Positions 31,772 through 41,540 of a stretch of 64,000 nucleotides of DNA are shown one piece after another (position 1 is the stretch's first letter; each line of letters starts with the position of its first letter). Both the position numbers and the translations under genes were made by a program. The DNA is taken from NCBI GenBank assembly GCA_023898605.1, contig CP060230.1, positions 3,944 to 67,943 of the forward strand, given 5' to 3'. The DNA is from Candidatus Nomurabacteria bacterium. Lineage in GTDB: Bacteria; Patescibacteriota; Minisyncoccia; Phycocordibacterales; UBA9973. Below the pieces are notes generated by a model. The model saw only the letters and a list, made by a program, of their open reading frames with translations. It had not been told where the DNA came from and did not search any database.

Positions 31772-32487
31772 TTCAAAACCCCGTCTATAGCATTTTTAAG
31801 TTCTTCGATAGGATAAGCGCCACTTACGAGTGTCGCTTTTCCTGTTTTTGAGTTGAATACAACTGAGTGAGGTGTACCTTTTGCGCCAGCTTCTCCTGCT
31901 AGTTTTATATCAGCTTCTACTAGAGGTAGAGTTTCTTTTGTATCTATACAAGTTTCTATTCTTGCGTCAGTGTAACCCAGATTTTGTGCTGTTTGCCACA
32001 AATCGCTAGCCGGTATTTCATTTGAAACTAGATAGTCCAGGTATGTCCAGAATGCGTCTTCTCCAGAATATTTTGCAACACACTCTGTTGCTATAGCTTT
32101 GTCTTTAGCTTCTGGATGAAGGCTTGTAAGAGGGAAATGTCTATATACCCAAGCAATTTGTCCATCGTATTCTTCTAGGGCTTGTTTTACTGTAGGATGA
32201 AATTTCTTACAGAAAGGACAATCTATATCTGAATATTCTACAAGAAGTACAGGTGCATTTTTGTCACCTCTTATGTGCTCATCTTTCTCTAGCTTTATTC
32301 CCAAAGATGTAGAGCTACCTGTATTTGTTTCAGCATTTTTTTCTGCAGGTTTTATATCTTTCAAGAGCATCGCTCCTCCGATTATTACCGCAGCCAAAAC
32401 TATAGCACTACCGATTGGCAAGTCTTTTTTCTTTTTCGGTTGGGACTCTATTTGTATATTGTTTTGATCATTTTGTGTATTTTCCAT
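31768..32487 (-). CDS. DsbA/thioredoxin-family thiol:disulfide oxidoreductase, membrane-anchored
   Basis: A TM helix is followed by a thioredoxin fold with CPFC ([14 protein letters not shown]). The start was moved to the internal Met at 32487 to avoid overlapping the divergent neighbour. Confidence 0.6.
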   Translation of the reverse strand: MENTQNDQNNIQIESQPKKKKDLPIGSAIVLAAVIIGGAMLLKDIKPAEKNAETNTGSSTSLGIKLEKDEHIRGDKNAPVLLVEYSDIDCPFCKKFHPTVKQALEEYDGQIAWVYRHFPLTSLHPEAKDKAIATECVAKYSGEDAFWTYLDYLVSNEIPASDLWQTAQNLGYTDARIETCIDTKETLPLVEADIKLAGEAGAKGTPHSVVFNSKTGKATLVSGAYPIEELKNAIDGVLN

Positions 32488-32560
32488 AGAGATAATTATA
32501 GCAAGAGCTGACCATATCCACCTGTTGAAAATATGAGTTTTTGTGGTAAAATGTTCCCAC

Positions 32561-33814
32561 ATGAACTTGGGTAAAATTTTTGTTTATTTCCTAACCTTTT
32601 TCGCCTTGTATATACAGGTGTTTTTTCTACTTATTCACTTCAGAGAAACAAAAAAATCCAAAAAAAATCCTAAACCAACCCACGATACAAATATGAAAGA
32701 TCTACCTTTTGTATCTATTATAGTGCCTTGTTGGAATGAGGAGGGGACAATAAGAAAGACTATACAATCCCTTCTTATGCTAGATTATCCAAAAAATAAG
32801 TTTGAGATTATAGCGGTTGACGACGGTAGTACTGACGGTACCTGGAAAGAAATGCAAAACTTTTCAAACAACCCTCAAGTAAAAATTTTCCAAAAGGAAA
32901 ATGGAGGAAAGCATACAGCAGTAAATCTCGGTATTGAACATGCAACCGGAGATTTTATAGGGTGTTTAGACTCTGACTCGTTTGTACACAACAAAGCTTT
33001 GAAGAGAATAATTCAGACATTTAGAAGAAGTAACGATACAATGGCAGTTATACCTACTCTTATAATTCATAACCCAAAAAGCTTCATCCAAAAAGTTCAA
33101 GTTGCCGAGTATGATATGGCGGCTTATATAAAAAAAGTTCTTTCTGACATAGATGCGATACAGGTTACACCCGGACCTTTTTCTTTTTTTAGGAAAGAAG
33201 TATTTCAAAAAATAGGTAAATTCAAAAAAGCGCACAACACAGAAGACCAAGAAATCGCTCTTCGTATGCATGAGGCCGGTATGAAGATAGCACTTTCTCC
33301 ACACTCGTTTGTATATACAGTTAGTCCAAATACGACAAAAAAGCTTTATAAACAAAGGGTTAGATGGACATACGGCTTTTTCAAGAATGTTATAGATTAC
33401 AAACATATGCTCTTGAAGAAAAAGTACGGAAACATAGCAACTTTTACATTACCAGTAGCACTTTTTACGATAGGTGGTGTTGCGGTTTCTACTCTCATAC
33501 TGTTGATTAGATTTGTATCAAACTCCATACAAAAGATCAGGGGGATTTATTTTGCAGGATTTAGAACGGATGGTTTTCATCTTTTTAATCTAGATTGGTT
33601 CTTTTTCAATACAGATATTGTTGTTTTCCTTTCTCTGTTTTTAGTATCGATAACTTTCTTCTGGGTTTTTCTTGGAAGAAAAATATCCAAGGGAAGGGGA
33701 TTTCTTTCTTTTGATATTTTTTATTTTTTGGTTGCTTACTACCTACTGTCTCCATTTTGGGTTTTCAAGTCTGCGTGGAATACAGCTATTTCTAAAAAAC
33801 CTTCTTGGCGATAA
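32561..33814 (+). CDS. family 2 glycosyltransferase (membrane-bound, processive type)
   Basis: The GT-A fold motifs VSIIVPCWNEEGTI..IAVDDGSTDGT..DSD and QRVRW-like (QRVRWTYG) are present, with multiple C-terminal TM helices. Confidence 0.7.
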   Translation: MNLGKIFVYFLTFFALYIQVFFLLIHFRETKKSKKNPKPTHDTNMKDLPFVSIIVPCWNEEGTIRKTIQSLLMLDYPKNKFEIIAVDDGSTDGTWKEMQNFSNNPQVKIFQKENGGKHTAVNLGIEHATGDFIGCLDSDSFVHNKALKRIIQTFRRSNDTMAVIPTLIIHNPKSFIQKVQVAEYDMAAYIKKVLSDIDAIQVTPGPFSFFRKEVFQKIGKFKKAHNTEDQEIALRMHEAGMKIALSPHSFVYTVSPNTTKKLYKQRVRWTYGFFKNVIDYKHMLLKKKYGNIATFTLPVALFTIGGVAVSTLILLIRFVSNSIQKIRGIYFAGFRTDGFHLFNLDWFFFNTDIVVFLSLFLVSITFFWVFLGRKISKGRGFLSFDIFYFLVAYYLLSPFWVFKSAWNTAISKKPSWR

Positions 33815-33828
33815 AATTATAAAAACAT

Positions 33829-34470
33829 ATGAAAAACTCTATCAGAAAAGTATCTATAATAGCGCTAGTTATTTCTTTGGCAATCTTTACCCTGATGTTA
33901 CTTATTTCGAAGTTTATCGCAGATAAAAAAATAAATACTCTTATTAATCTACAGAGTGACATATCAGAAATTATTTCTAGCGCCGATATAGATGTACAAA
34001 AATATCAAGAAGAATACTGTGAGTCTCTTTCCAGTGGAGAAAGTGCTATCTCAAGAGAGCTTTCTGACCTTTCAGATAGACTTTCTTATGCTGAAGAGAA
34101 TCTATCGACCAACACACAAGAGGTCAAAGAAATAAGGAGTCTTTATTCTGTATTTCAGATCAAAAATTTCCTTATCCTAGAAGATGTCAAAGACGACTGT
34201 AATCTGGATACTGTTTCCGTGCTGTATTTCTACAAAACAGATAACTGCATCAAGTGTTCTGACCAAGGTTATGTTCTGTCTGCGCTGAGAGATGATTTTC
34301 CAAACGTAAAAGTATTTTCTTTCCCAGAAATAGATAAAACCTTTTCTCAAGAAGTACTGGAGTATAAATATGGCTTTGAGGGTGATGTTTATCCAGCTTT
34401 AGTTATAGATGGTACTTTATACAAAGGATTTCAGTCTCTAGAAAAACTAAAAGAAATAGTTTCAGAATAA
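33829..34470 (+). CDS. membrane-anchored protein with a C-terminal thioredoxin-like CxxC domain (hypothetical)
   Basis: An N-terminal TM is followed by a C-terminal YFYKTDNCIKCSDQ CxxC in a Trx-like context. Confidence 0.35.
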   Translation: MKNSIRKVSIIALVISLAIFTLMLLISKFIADKKINTLINLQSDISEIISSADIDVQKYQEEYCESLSSGESAISRELSDLSDRLSYAEENLSTNTQEVKEIRSLYSVFQIKNFLILEDVKDDCNLDTVSVLYFYKTDNCIKCSDQGYVLSALRDDFPNVKVFSFPEIDKTFSQEVLEYKYGFEGDVYPALVIDGTLYKGFQSLEKLKEIVSE

Positions 34471-34519
34471 TAGTTTGACACAACACAAAACTCGCTGTAA
34501 TATGTACAAAAATTGTACA

Positions 34520-35535
34520 TCCTCCAGCTACCCCTCAAGCAGAACACATTGCTGTTCTTTATAGTACACACTAGGAATTCTAAAATCAATCACTTCTCTC
34601 GGTCGGTCATTGATGAAGGAAAGAATACTTTCAATTTCTTCATCAGTTACGGTACTAACGTCTCTCTTCTTGGGTACAAAACATCTAATCCATCTATTGG
34701 TATTCTCTACCAGCCCCTTCTCCCATGAATGATAGGGATGTGTGAAGTATATGTTAGTATTTAATTGCTCTTCAATCACTTTCCAGTGATTGAAAGCGAT
34801 GTCATTGTCAGTGGTTATAGTTTTAAGAGATTGACCATTGAACATTTCAGAAAGCGCGTGATTGATAGTCACGTGTTTTCTGTTTGGGAGCCTCTTTATG
34901 AGAGTATGTTTAGTTAAGCGATCAGTCGCCACAAGAAGTGACCAGGTGCTTTTTTTAGAAACAATAAAATCTACCTCCCAGTGACCAACACCAACTAATA
35001 CGGGCCTATTTTTAATATATTTTCTATTATCTTTAGGGTTATCATATTTATACCTCTTCCTTCCACTCTTTTTCTTGTTCCATGACCAAAACAGGTACCT
35101 TTCTAGACATCTAGAGTCAATAAACTTATATATTGCTTTATCTGAACATGTTATTTCATGTTCTTTATCTAAATACCCACTTATTTGTTTAGGTGACCAT
35201 TTTTCAATAAGTTTCTTCTCCACAAACCCAACTAAGAATCTATCCATAGAGACTTTCAAGCACTGCCTCTTTGATCTCCATCTTTTAATATATGATCTAT
35301 GTTGGGCTTTATCTGCTATATATTCTCCATTTACTCTATTTCTGTTGACTTCACTACTTATAGTACTTGGGCTTCTACCTAATAGCATAGCTATATCTCT
35401 AATCTTTATGCTTCTACTCAATGATTTTTCAATCACAAATCTTTCCTCAAAAGAAAGATGTTTATATTGTTTTTTCTTTTTCATATGACAATAAACTTAA
35501 CTTATAAATTGTTCTGCTTCAAAGTTCGTTGGGGG
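34520..35535 (-). mobile_element. IS30-family insertion sequence
   Basis: The element contains the transposase ORF. Imperfect terminal inverted repeats share the AAGCAGAACA core at about 34538-34547 and about 35510-35519. The flanking cargo has higher GC. Confidence 0.6.
34528..35484 (-). CDS. IS30-family DDE transposase
   Basis: An N-terminal HTH (HLSFEERFVIEKSL..IRDIAMLLGRSPSTISSEVNRN) precedes the DDE core with HWEVDFIV and a C-terminal RPRE motif. Confidence 0.85.
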   Translation of the reverse strand: MKKKKQYKHLSFEERFVIEKSLSRSIKIRDIAMLLGRSPSTISSEVNRNRVNGEYIADKAQHRSYIKRWRSKRQCLKVSMDRFLVGFVEKKLIEKWSPKQISGYLDKEHEITCSDKAIYKFIDSRCLERYLFWSWNKKKSGRKRYKYDNPKDNRKYIKNRPVLVGVGHWEVDFIVSKKSTWSLLVATDRLTKHTLIKRLPNRKHVTINHALSEMFNGQSLKTITTDNDIAFNHWKVIEEQLNTNIYFTHPYHSWEKGLVENTNRWIRCFVPKKRDVSTVTDEEIESILSFINDRPREVIDFRIPSVYYKEQQCVLLEG

Positions 35536-35542
35536 CATAAAA

Positions 35543-36121
35543 ATGATGAGATTAACCAGTGACGCCAAAAAAGCTCTGTCCAGGATAGAGAAAGGCAAAG
35601 AATGGAAGCCAGAAAGGTTATCCAAAATAAAAAGTTTCAATGACATTGTCCAGCGAAACTATCTTGAGGTCTTTGGGGCTTCTATTTCTAACAAAAACAT
35701 GCAAAGACTTGTCTGGTCTTCCGAATATATTTCGAACACTAACAATTTGAGCAAGGGCTCAAGGGATGCTGCGGTAAGGTCTTTTGTTGTTGAAATAGAG
35801 TTTTTTGAAGAGTTTGTAAAAGAACTTGAAAAGATGGGTAATACAAAACTCAATCTTATAGTTTTTTTCGCAACTCGAGTTTTGGGCTCAGCTCCTATTG
35901 GAGCTATTTCAAAGCTACACCTGGAGTTTGTGAGGGATATGACGGCATTGGCAACGATATCTCCCATGTCTCAGCTTTTTGAGAACTTAAACAACAAGCT
36001 TCTTACATTGGAAGAAAAATCTTCTAAAAGTACATGGCTCAGACAGCATGCTGCCGAGATTCGTTTCCGTGGATTCAATGTGGTTGCGGGGGCAAATAAA
36101 AAGCCGTTAATTGAAGAATAA
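35543..36121 (+). CDS. hypothetical protein, possible IS-associated cargo
   Basis: The 192-aa ORF has no recognisable motif. It has higher GC (~40%) than the background, its own strong terminator, and sits between the IS30 and tRNA-Thr. Confidence 0.3.
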   Translation: MMRLTSDAKKALSRIEKGKEWKPERLSKIKSFNDIVQRNYLEVFGASISNKNMQRLVWSSEYISNTNNLSKGSRDAAVRSFVVEIEFFEEFVKELEKMGNTKLNLIVFFATRVLGSAPIGAISKLHLEFVRDMTALATISPMSQLFENLNNKLLTLEEKSSKSTWLRQHAAEIRFRGFNVVAGANKKPLIEE

Positions 36122-36130
36122 TACTAATCA

Positions 36131-36164
36131 AAATCCGCTGGCATACCAGCGGATTTTTTATTTT
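36131..36164 (+). terminator. rho-independent terminator
   Basis: An aaatccgctgg-cata-ccagcggatttttt hairpin is followed by attttt. Confidence 0.65.
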
Positions 36165-36165
36165 C

Positions 36166-36241
36166 TGGAGCCGAAGGCGAGACTCGAACTCGCGACCTAC
36201 CGCTTACAAGGCGGTTGCTCTACCAACTGAGCTACTTCGGC
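36166..36241 (-). tRNA. tRNA-Thr (anticodon UGU), CCA encoded
   Basis: The minus-strand sequence GCCGAAGTAGCTCAGTTGGTAGAGCAACCGCCTTGTAAGCGGTAGGTCGCGAGTTCGAGTCTCGCCTTCGGCTCCA has a 7-bp acceptor stem, a D-loop with AGTTGGTA, the anticodon loop CTTGTAA and a T-loop with GTTCGAGTC. Confidence 0.85.
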
Positions 36242-36294
36242 GTATTGTTTTGTAGGATGATATTATCGTTTTTTGACCAAATAATCAAGTCTTT

Positions 36295-36726
36295 CTATAT
36301 TCTTTCTTGATCTTCAAAATATGCTTCCTCCTCCTCTTTTTCTTCGTTTTTTTCCTTTATATGTCTTTTGAATTTTCGAACCTTTACTCTGTAATCGGTA
36401 AAGTTATGCATGAAGAAATTTGCGATCATTTCCCACAGATCTTTTGGTTTTTCTATATGAGGGAATCTTTTTTGAGCTTCGCTCTTTATTTTGTGAGAAA
36501 GCAAAATAAACATCTTTGCCACAAATAGGGCAAATGACTGGAAGCCTTTTTTGATAGTTTTTACAGAAGATTTTCTAAGAGAAGCTAGAGTTCCGTCTAT
36601 TGCTTCAAAATATATAGGATCTCTGTCGTATATATCTATTTCTTCATTTCTTAGCATTGCTATCTTTTTGCCCAAAAATATAGACAAAACTATAGCAGAA
36701 CCAAAAAACAATATAAAGTAAAACAT
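36295..36726 (-). CDS. small membrane-anchored hypothetical protein
   Basis: An N-terminal TM is followed by a charged C-terminus. The gene lies directly downstream of tsf on the same strand. Confidence 0.3.
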   Translation of the reverse strand: MFYFILFFGSAIVLSIFLGKKIAMLRNEEIDIYDRDPIYFEAIDGTLASLRKSSVKTIKKGFQSFALFVAKMFILLSHKIKSEAQKRFPHIEKPKDLWEMIANFFMHNFTDYRVKVRKFKRHIKEKNEEKEEEEAYFEDQERI

Positions 36727-36729
36727 GGT

Positions 36730-37509
36730 TTATGATACTGACTTGTATATCAGTCTATCTATTGTAGCACTATTATCCTCAAGCAATCTAGATATAGTTT
36801 TTTCCCCATCTTTTATAAATGGTTGTTCCAATAGAGTTATTTCTTTTAGGTAAGAATCAACCTTACCTTTTAGCATTTTTTCTTGGATGTCTTCTGGTTT
36901 TCCAGACTCTTTTATTTCTTCTCTAAACAGTTCAGTCATTTTTTCTAGAGTATCAGAGTCTACATCGTCTCTTTTTAGGTACTGTGGTCTCATAGCTGTT
37001 GCATGCATAGCTATGTCTTTTGCAAGTTCCGGTGTTCCTCCTTTTAGGATGATAACAGAACCGCTTTTTTTGTCGTGGTGTACATATAGCCCTATAGTTT
37101 CACCATCGTAACTTTCTAGTTCTTTTACTTGTATATTTTCACCAATCTTTTGTACGAGTTCGGATATTTTTGATTCAGCATATTCTTTTGCTGCATCTTC
37201 GCTATCTAGGAGTTTTTCTGTTACTTCTTCTGCAAACTTTACAAATTCTTCGTTTTTAGAAACAAAATCTGTTTCGCAAGAAATTTTGCTTATAGCAACC
37301 TTATTTCCACTTTGTTTTATGGTTATGATTCCATCACTAGAGTCTCTATCTGCCTTTTTTGCCATTATTTCACTAGACTTCTTCTGTAGTATAAGAAGAG
37401 CTTTTTCCATATCTCCCTCGGCTTCTTCTAGTGCTTTTTTGCACTGCATTACAGAGACACCAGTTTTGTCTCTTAGTTCTTTTACAGCTTCTGCTCCTAT
37501 TTGACTCAT
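36730..37509 (-). CDS. tsf: elongation factor Ts
   Basis: The UBA-like N-terminus (AVKELRDKTGVSVMQCKKALEEAEGD) is followed by the dimerisation/core domain. Confidence 0.9.
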   Translation of the reverse strand: MSQIGAEAVKELRDKTGVSVMQCKKALEEAEGDMEKALLILQKKSSEIMAKKADRDSSDGIITIKQSGNKVAISKISCETDFVSKNEEFVKFAEEVTEKLLDSEDAAKEYAESKISELVQKIGENIQVKELESYDGETIGLYVHHDKKSGSVIILKGGTPELAKDIAMHATAMRPQYLKRDDVDSDTLEKMTELFREEIKESGKPEDIQEKMLKGKVDSYLKEITLLEQPFIKDGEKTISRLLEDNSATIDRLIYKSVS

Positions 37510-37574
37510 ATAAAAATAAAAAAATTATTAAACCAATAAAACAAAAAAACTTAGCGTTTTGCCACCCTCTAAGA

Positions 37575-38264
37575 TTAAGAGTTTGAAGCAGCGTTAGCTA
37601 GTTCTTTTACAACCTTTTCAATTGTACGCAAACTAGCGTCATTTGCAACTATAGGATATGTGATTTTGCTGATATCACAATCAGTGTTTGCTAGTGCGAT
37701 TACAGGTATATTCATGTTTACCGCTTCGTCTACGGCAACGTTTTCATTTCTAGGGTCTATTATTACAACAGCATCTGGCATACCATCCATATTTCTAAGA
37801 CCAGTAAAATCTCTCTCTAGTTTTTCGTTCTCTTTGTCAATCATTAGTCTTTCTTTCTTTGTGTACTTGTTTATTTCACCAGAATTTTTTTGCTCTAGAT
37901 TGTCTTCTAGTTTCTTTACTCTTTTCTTTACTTCTGTCCAGTTTGTTAGTGTCCCAGGAACCCATCTTGAAGAAACATAAGGAAGATTTCTTGAAGAAGC
38001 ATTTTCTTCTACAACTCTCTTTGCTTCAGCTTTTGTTCCAACGAACAAAATAGCCTTGTTTTTTTCTGCCAACGCTTTTAGAAAATCTGTAGCTTCTTTG
38101 ATTTGAGATATTGTTTTTTGTATATCAATTATGTCGTTTTCACCTTGATTTGTTTCTATAAAATCTTTCATAGAAGGGTGTCTTCTTGATTTACTGAAAC
38201 CATAATGAGCCCCGCTTACTCGGAGATCCTTAGCTTTTTCGTCTATATTTTGTATTTCTGTCAT
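37575..38264 (-). CDS. rpsB: 30S ribosomal protein S2
   Basis: The S2 family sequence includes GAHYGFSKSRRHP..LFVGTK..PGTLTNW. The start is at the internal Met (MTEIQNI). The rpsB-tsf operon order is conserved. Confidence 0.9.
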   Translation of the reverse strand: MTEIQNIDEKAKDLRVSGAHYGFSKSRRHPSMKDFIETNQGENDIIDIQKTISQIKEATDFLKALAEKNKAILFVGTKAEAKRVVEENASSRNLPYVSSRWVPGTLTNWTEVKKRVKKLEDNLEQKNSGEINKYTKKERLMIDKENEKLERDFTGLRNMDGMPDAVVIIDPRNENVAVDEAVNMNIPVIALANTDCDISKITYPIVANDASLRTIEKVVKELANAASNS

Positions 38265-38491
38265 GGCGAGCATTCTACCAGAATAAGGCCAATTGTGCAA
38301 TAGCCCACAGCTCCCCAATATCCCTTATAGACTAAAAGGATTTTTTGGAGTAATATGCAGAAAGTATGAGTCCCGTTAGAAACCGCGGTCATTGGTACGG
38401 GAAAACACTTTTATAAAGATGTCGATAATTTATATACTTAATAAATATTAAAACAGTGACGGTCTTTTGACCACGACCTGTTTCTAACGAG

Positions 38492-39763
38492 ATGAGGCAA
38501 TCAAAACTATTCACAAAGACCAGAAAAGAGGCTCCGGCTGACGAAGTCGCTGAAAATGCCAAGATGCTTATAAGGGCTGGTTTTGTCCACAAAGAAATGT
38601 CGGGAGTTTACTCGTTTTTACCACTAGGATTAAGGGTTATCGAAAACATCTCGTCAATAATAAGAGAAGAAATGAACAAGGTTGGAGGGGTAGAAATGAA
38701 GTCTGCAGCACTTCAGAGAAAGGAGGTTTGGGAGAAAACAAGATGGTCAGATGAAGTTGTAGATAACTGGTTCAAAACTGAGTTGAAAAATGGTACAGAA
38801 CTAGGTCTTGCGTTTACTCACGAAGAACCACTAACCGCAATGATGAAAAACTATATATCATCTTACAAAGATTTGCCTGTTTATCCTTATGACATCATGA
38901 CTGTTTTTAGAAACGAAGCTAGAGCAAAAAGCGGCATAATGAGGGGAAGAGAATTTTTTTGGAAAGCGCTTTATTCTTTCTCAAAGGACAAAGAAGAGCA
39001 CGATGCGTTTTATGAAAAGATAAAAGATTCTTATACAAACATATTCAATAGAGTTGGAATAGGCGAAAGCACATTTCTAACTTTTGCTTCTGGTGGAAGT
39101 TTTTCCAAATACTCACACGAGTTTCAAACTCTTTCTTCAGCAGGAGAAGACACTGTGTATATAGACAAAGACAAAAAGATAGCAATAAACAAAGAAGTAT
39201 ATACAGACGAAGTTATTTCTGATTTGGGTCTAGATAAAAATAATCTTTTGGAAGAAAAAGCAATTGAAGTCGGAAATATATTTTCTCTTGGAGATAAATT
39301 TTCTGAACCATTGGAACTTACTTACAAGGGTGAAAATGGTGAACCACAAAATGTTTTCATGGGTAGTTACGGTATAGGTATTTCTAGACTTATGGGTGTT
39401 GTTGTAGAAACAAACAAAGATGACAAAGGAATAATTTGGCCAAAAGAAATAACTCCATTCAAGGCACATCTTCTTGTAATTGGTGAAGATCAAAATGTAA
39501 AAGATGCTGGAGAATCTCTTTATCTAGAATTGAAAGCTTCTGGCATAGAAACCTTGTTTGATGACAGAGACGGTGTTTCTCCTGGAGAAAAACTTGGAGG
39601 CGCTGATCTTGTCGGTATTCCTGTTAGAATAGTCGTTTCCAAGAAAAGTCTGGATGCGGGTGGTTATGAGTTCAAAGAAAGAAATAGCGATAACTCGATG
39701 GTTTTGTCTAACACTGAGCTCATAGATACAATTTCTGAAATTTACAAAAAACATGATCAATAA
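38492..39763 (+). CDS. proS: prolyl-tRNA synthetase (short form lacking the editing INS domain)
   Basis: Class II aaRS motifs and an anticodon-binding C-terminal domain are present. The 423-aa length is typical of short archaeal/eukaryal-like ProRS. Confidence 0.85.
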   Translation: MRQSKLFTKTRKEAPADEVAENAKMLIRAGFVHKEMSGVYSFLPLGLRVIENISSIIREEMNKVGGVEMKSAALQRKEVWEKTRWSDEVVDNWFKTELKNGTELGLAFTHEEPLTAMMKNYISSYKDLPVYPYDIMTVFRNEARAKSGIMRGREFFWKALYSFSKDKEEHDAFYEKIKDSYTNIFNRVGIGESTFLTFASGGSFSKYSHEFQTLSSAGEDTVYIDKDKKIAINKEVYTDEVISDLGLDKNNLLEEKAIEVGNIFSLGDKFSEPLELTYKGENGEPQNVFMGSYGIGISRLMGVVVETNKDDKGIIWPKEITPFKAHLLVIGEDQNVKDAGESLYLELKASGIETLFDDRDGVSPGEKLGGADLVGIPVRIVVSKKSLDAGGYEFKERNSDNSMVLSNTELIDTISEIYKKHDQ

Positions 39764-40799
39764 GTTTTATAGAATTTTTTCAAATGATATCGGTATAGAT
39801 CTTGGTACAGCAAATACTCTAGTCTATATAAAAGGACATGGTGTGGTTATAGCAGAGCCTTCTGTTGTGGCGCTGAACACTAAAACCGGAAGAATCGTTG
39901 CAGTTGGAGGAGAAGCAAAAGAGATGCTTGGTAGAACACCAGCACATATCAAGGCAATAAGACCACTTGTAGATGGTGTTATTTCTGATTTTGAAGTTAC
40001 AGAAGAGATGCTTGCTTATCTTATAAACAAAGCAGAAAAAATTTCTAAAAAATATTTTAGACCAAGAGTTGTTATTGGTGTTCCAACCGGTGTTACAAAC
40101 GTAGAGGCAAGAGCGGTTTATGATGCAGCAAAAAGTGCCGGTGCAAGAGAGGTTTATATAATCGAAGAGCCGATGGCCGCAGCGATAGGAATAAAGATGC
40201 CTATCAAAGAACCAAAAGGTTCTATGGTTATCGATATCGGTGGCGGTACAACTGATGTTGCAGTTATTTCTCTTGGTGGAATTGTGAAGGCAAAAAGTAT
40301 GAAGATTGCAGGAGATAGATTCAACTCTGATATTTCTCTTTATCTTCGTGATGAGTTCAAGATTTTGATAGGGGAAAAAACAGCAGAGCAGATCAAGGTT
40401 GCCGTTGGATCTGTACTAGAAGAAGAACCAAAAGAAATAGTTGTGAGAGGCCGTGACATAGTAACAGGTCTTCCAAGAGAAGTTGTAGTCACAGATAGTG
40501 ATGTGCGCGAAGCCATAGCGGTTTCTGTGACAAATATGATAGACGGTATAAAAGAAATTCTAGAAACAACTCCACCAGAAGTTCTTTCCGATGTTATGCA
40601 AAGAGGTATAACGCTTACTGGAGGAGGCGCACTACTTAGAGGACTTGCACCACTACTTGAAACAATACTTTCTATACCAGTTAGAGTATCAAGCGACCCG
40701 CTGACTGCTGTTGTTAGAGGTACTGGTGTTATACTAGATGACATAGAGACATACAAAGATGTCTTGATGAGAGAAGACAATGAGTTACCTCCTCGCTAA
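39753..40799 (+). CDS. mreB: rod shape-determining protein MreB
   Basis: It has the actin-like ATPase motifs IGIDLGTANT, VIDIGGGTTDVAV and LTGGGALL. Confidence 0.9.
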   Translation: MINKFYRIFSNDIGIDLGTANTLVYIKGHGVVIAEPSVVALNTKTGRIVAVGGEAKEMLGRTPAHIKAIRPLVDGVISDFEVTEEMLAYLINKAEKISKKYFRPRVVIGVPTGVTNVEARAVYDAAKSAGAREVYIIEEPMAAAIGIKMPIKEPKGSMVIDIGGGTTDVAVISLGGIVKAKSMKIAGDRFNSDISLYLRDEFKILIGEKTAEQIKVAVGSVLEEEPKEIVVRGRDIVTGLPREVVVTDSDVREAIAVSVTNMIDGIKEILETTPPEVLSDVMQRGITLTGGGALLRGLAPLLETILSIPVRVSSDPLTAVVRGTGVILDDIETYKDVLMREDNELPPR

Positions 40800-41538
40800 A
40801 AGAAAAAAGAAGAGAACAAGAGATTTTATAATCTTACTTGTTCTTTTTGTTTTGTTTTTTCTTTTGTTAGACAAGGGATATCCCAAGTTTGTTAGAAATA
40901 TATTTGTTGGTTTAGATAAAAGTGTAGATTTTTCTATCGAAACAAGAACTAGAAAAGAACTTATATACGAAAACAAACTTTTGAGAGAAGAAAATGAAAA
41001 ACTAAAACTTATAAGTCTTGCATATATACCACTCGAAGAAGAGAACGAGAGACTAACTGGACTTCTGGGTTCGTCTTTAAATCTAGAAAAAGATCTACTC
41101 GTAGGGAGAGTTATATCTAACTATGTTCAGTCTATATACGGATCTATGATTATAGATGTAGGATTGGACAGCGGCGTTGATGTTGGAGATAGGATATATG
41201 GGCAAGACTCTATTTTGATAGGAGAAGTTATGGAAGTTTTCGATAAAGAGTCAAAAGTTATTTTGTATAGTTCTTATGGTGCAGAAGTTTATGGATTTGT
41301 AAGTGAAACTGGCGCAGAAATAAAACTAGACGGGGCGGGTGTCGGTTCATACGAAGCGTTTTTACCAAGAGATCTTGATATACAAGAAGGTATGACAATC
41401 GAAGGAAAAACTAGAGGATCTATACTCGCAACTGTTGTCGACGTAGTTTCAGACCCTAGGGATCCCTTGCAACACGTTTTGTTCAAAACTCCTATCAATA
41501 TTTACAACACTATAGATGTTGGTGTTGCACTAAACTAA
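40780..41538 (+). CDS. mreC: rod shape-determining protein MreC
   Basis: An N-terminal TM and a coiled coil (LLREENEKLKL) precede a C-terminal beta-rich domain. It lies immediately downstream of and overlapping mreB. Confidence 0.7.
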   Translation: MSYLLAKRKKKRTRDFIILLVLFVLFFLLLDKGYPKFVRNIFVGLDKSVDFSIETRTRKELIYENKLLREENEKLKLISLAYIPLEEENERLTGLLGSSLNLEKDLLVGRVISNYVQSIYGSMIIDVGLDSGVDVGDRIYGQDSILIGEVMEVFDKESKVILYSSYGAEVYGFVSETGAEIKLDGAGVGSYEAFLPRDLDIQEGMTIEGKTRGSILATVVDVVSDPRDPLQHVLFKTPINIYNTIDVGVALN

Positions 41539-41540
41539 AA

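Noticed and set aside
34503-34519. tgtacaaaaattgtaca palindrome near the IS30 end as the terminal inverted repeat
   Set aside because: It is a local palindrome on one side only. The better candidates for the IS termini are the imperfect AAGCAGAACA-containing repeats at both ends.
38320-38491. T-box riboswitch upstream of proS
   Set aside because: The conserved T-box sequence (AATTAGGGTGGNACCGCG) and a specifier-loop arrangement are not present in the correct order. Only a partial accgcgg match was found.
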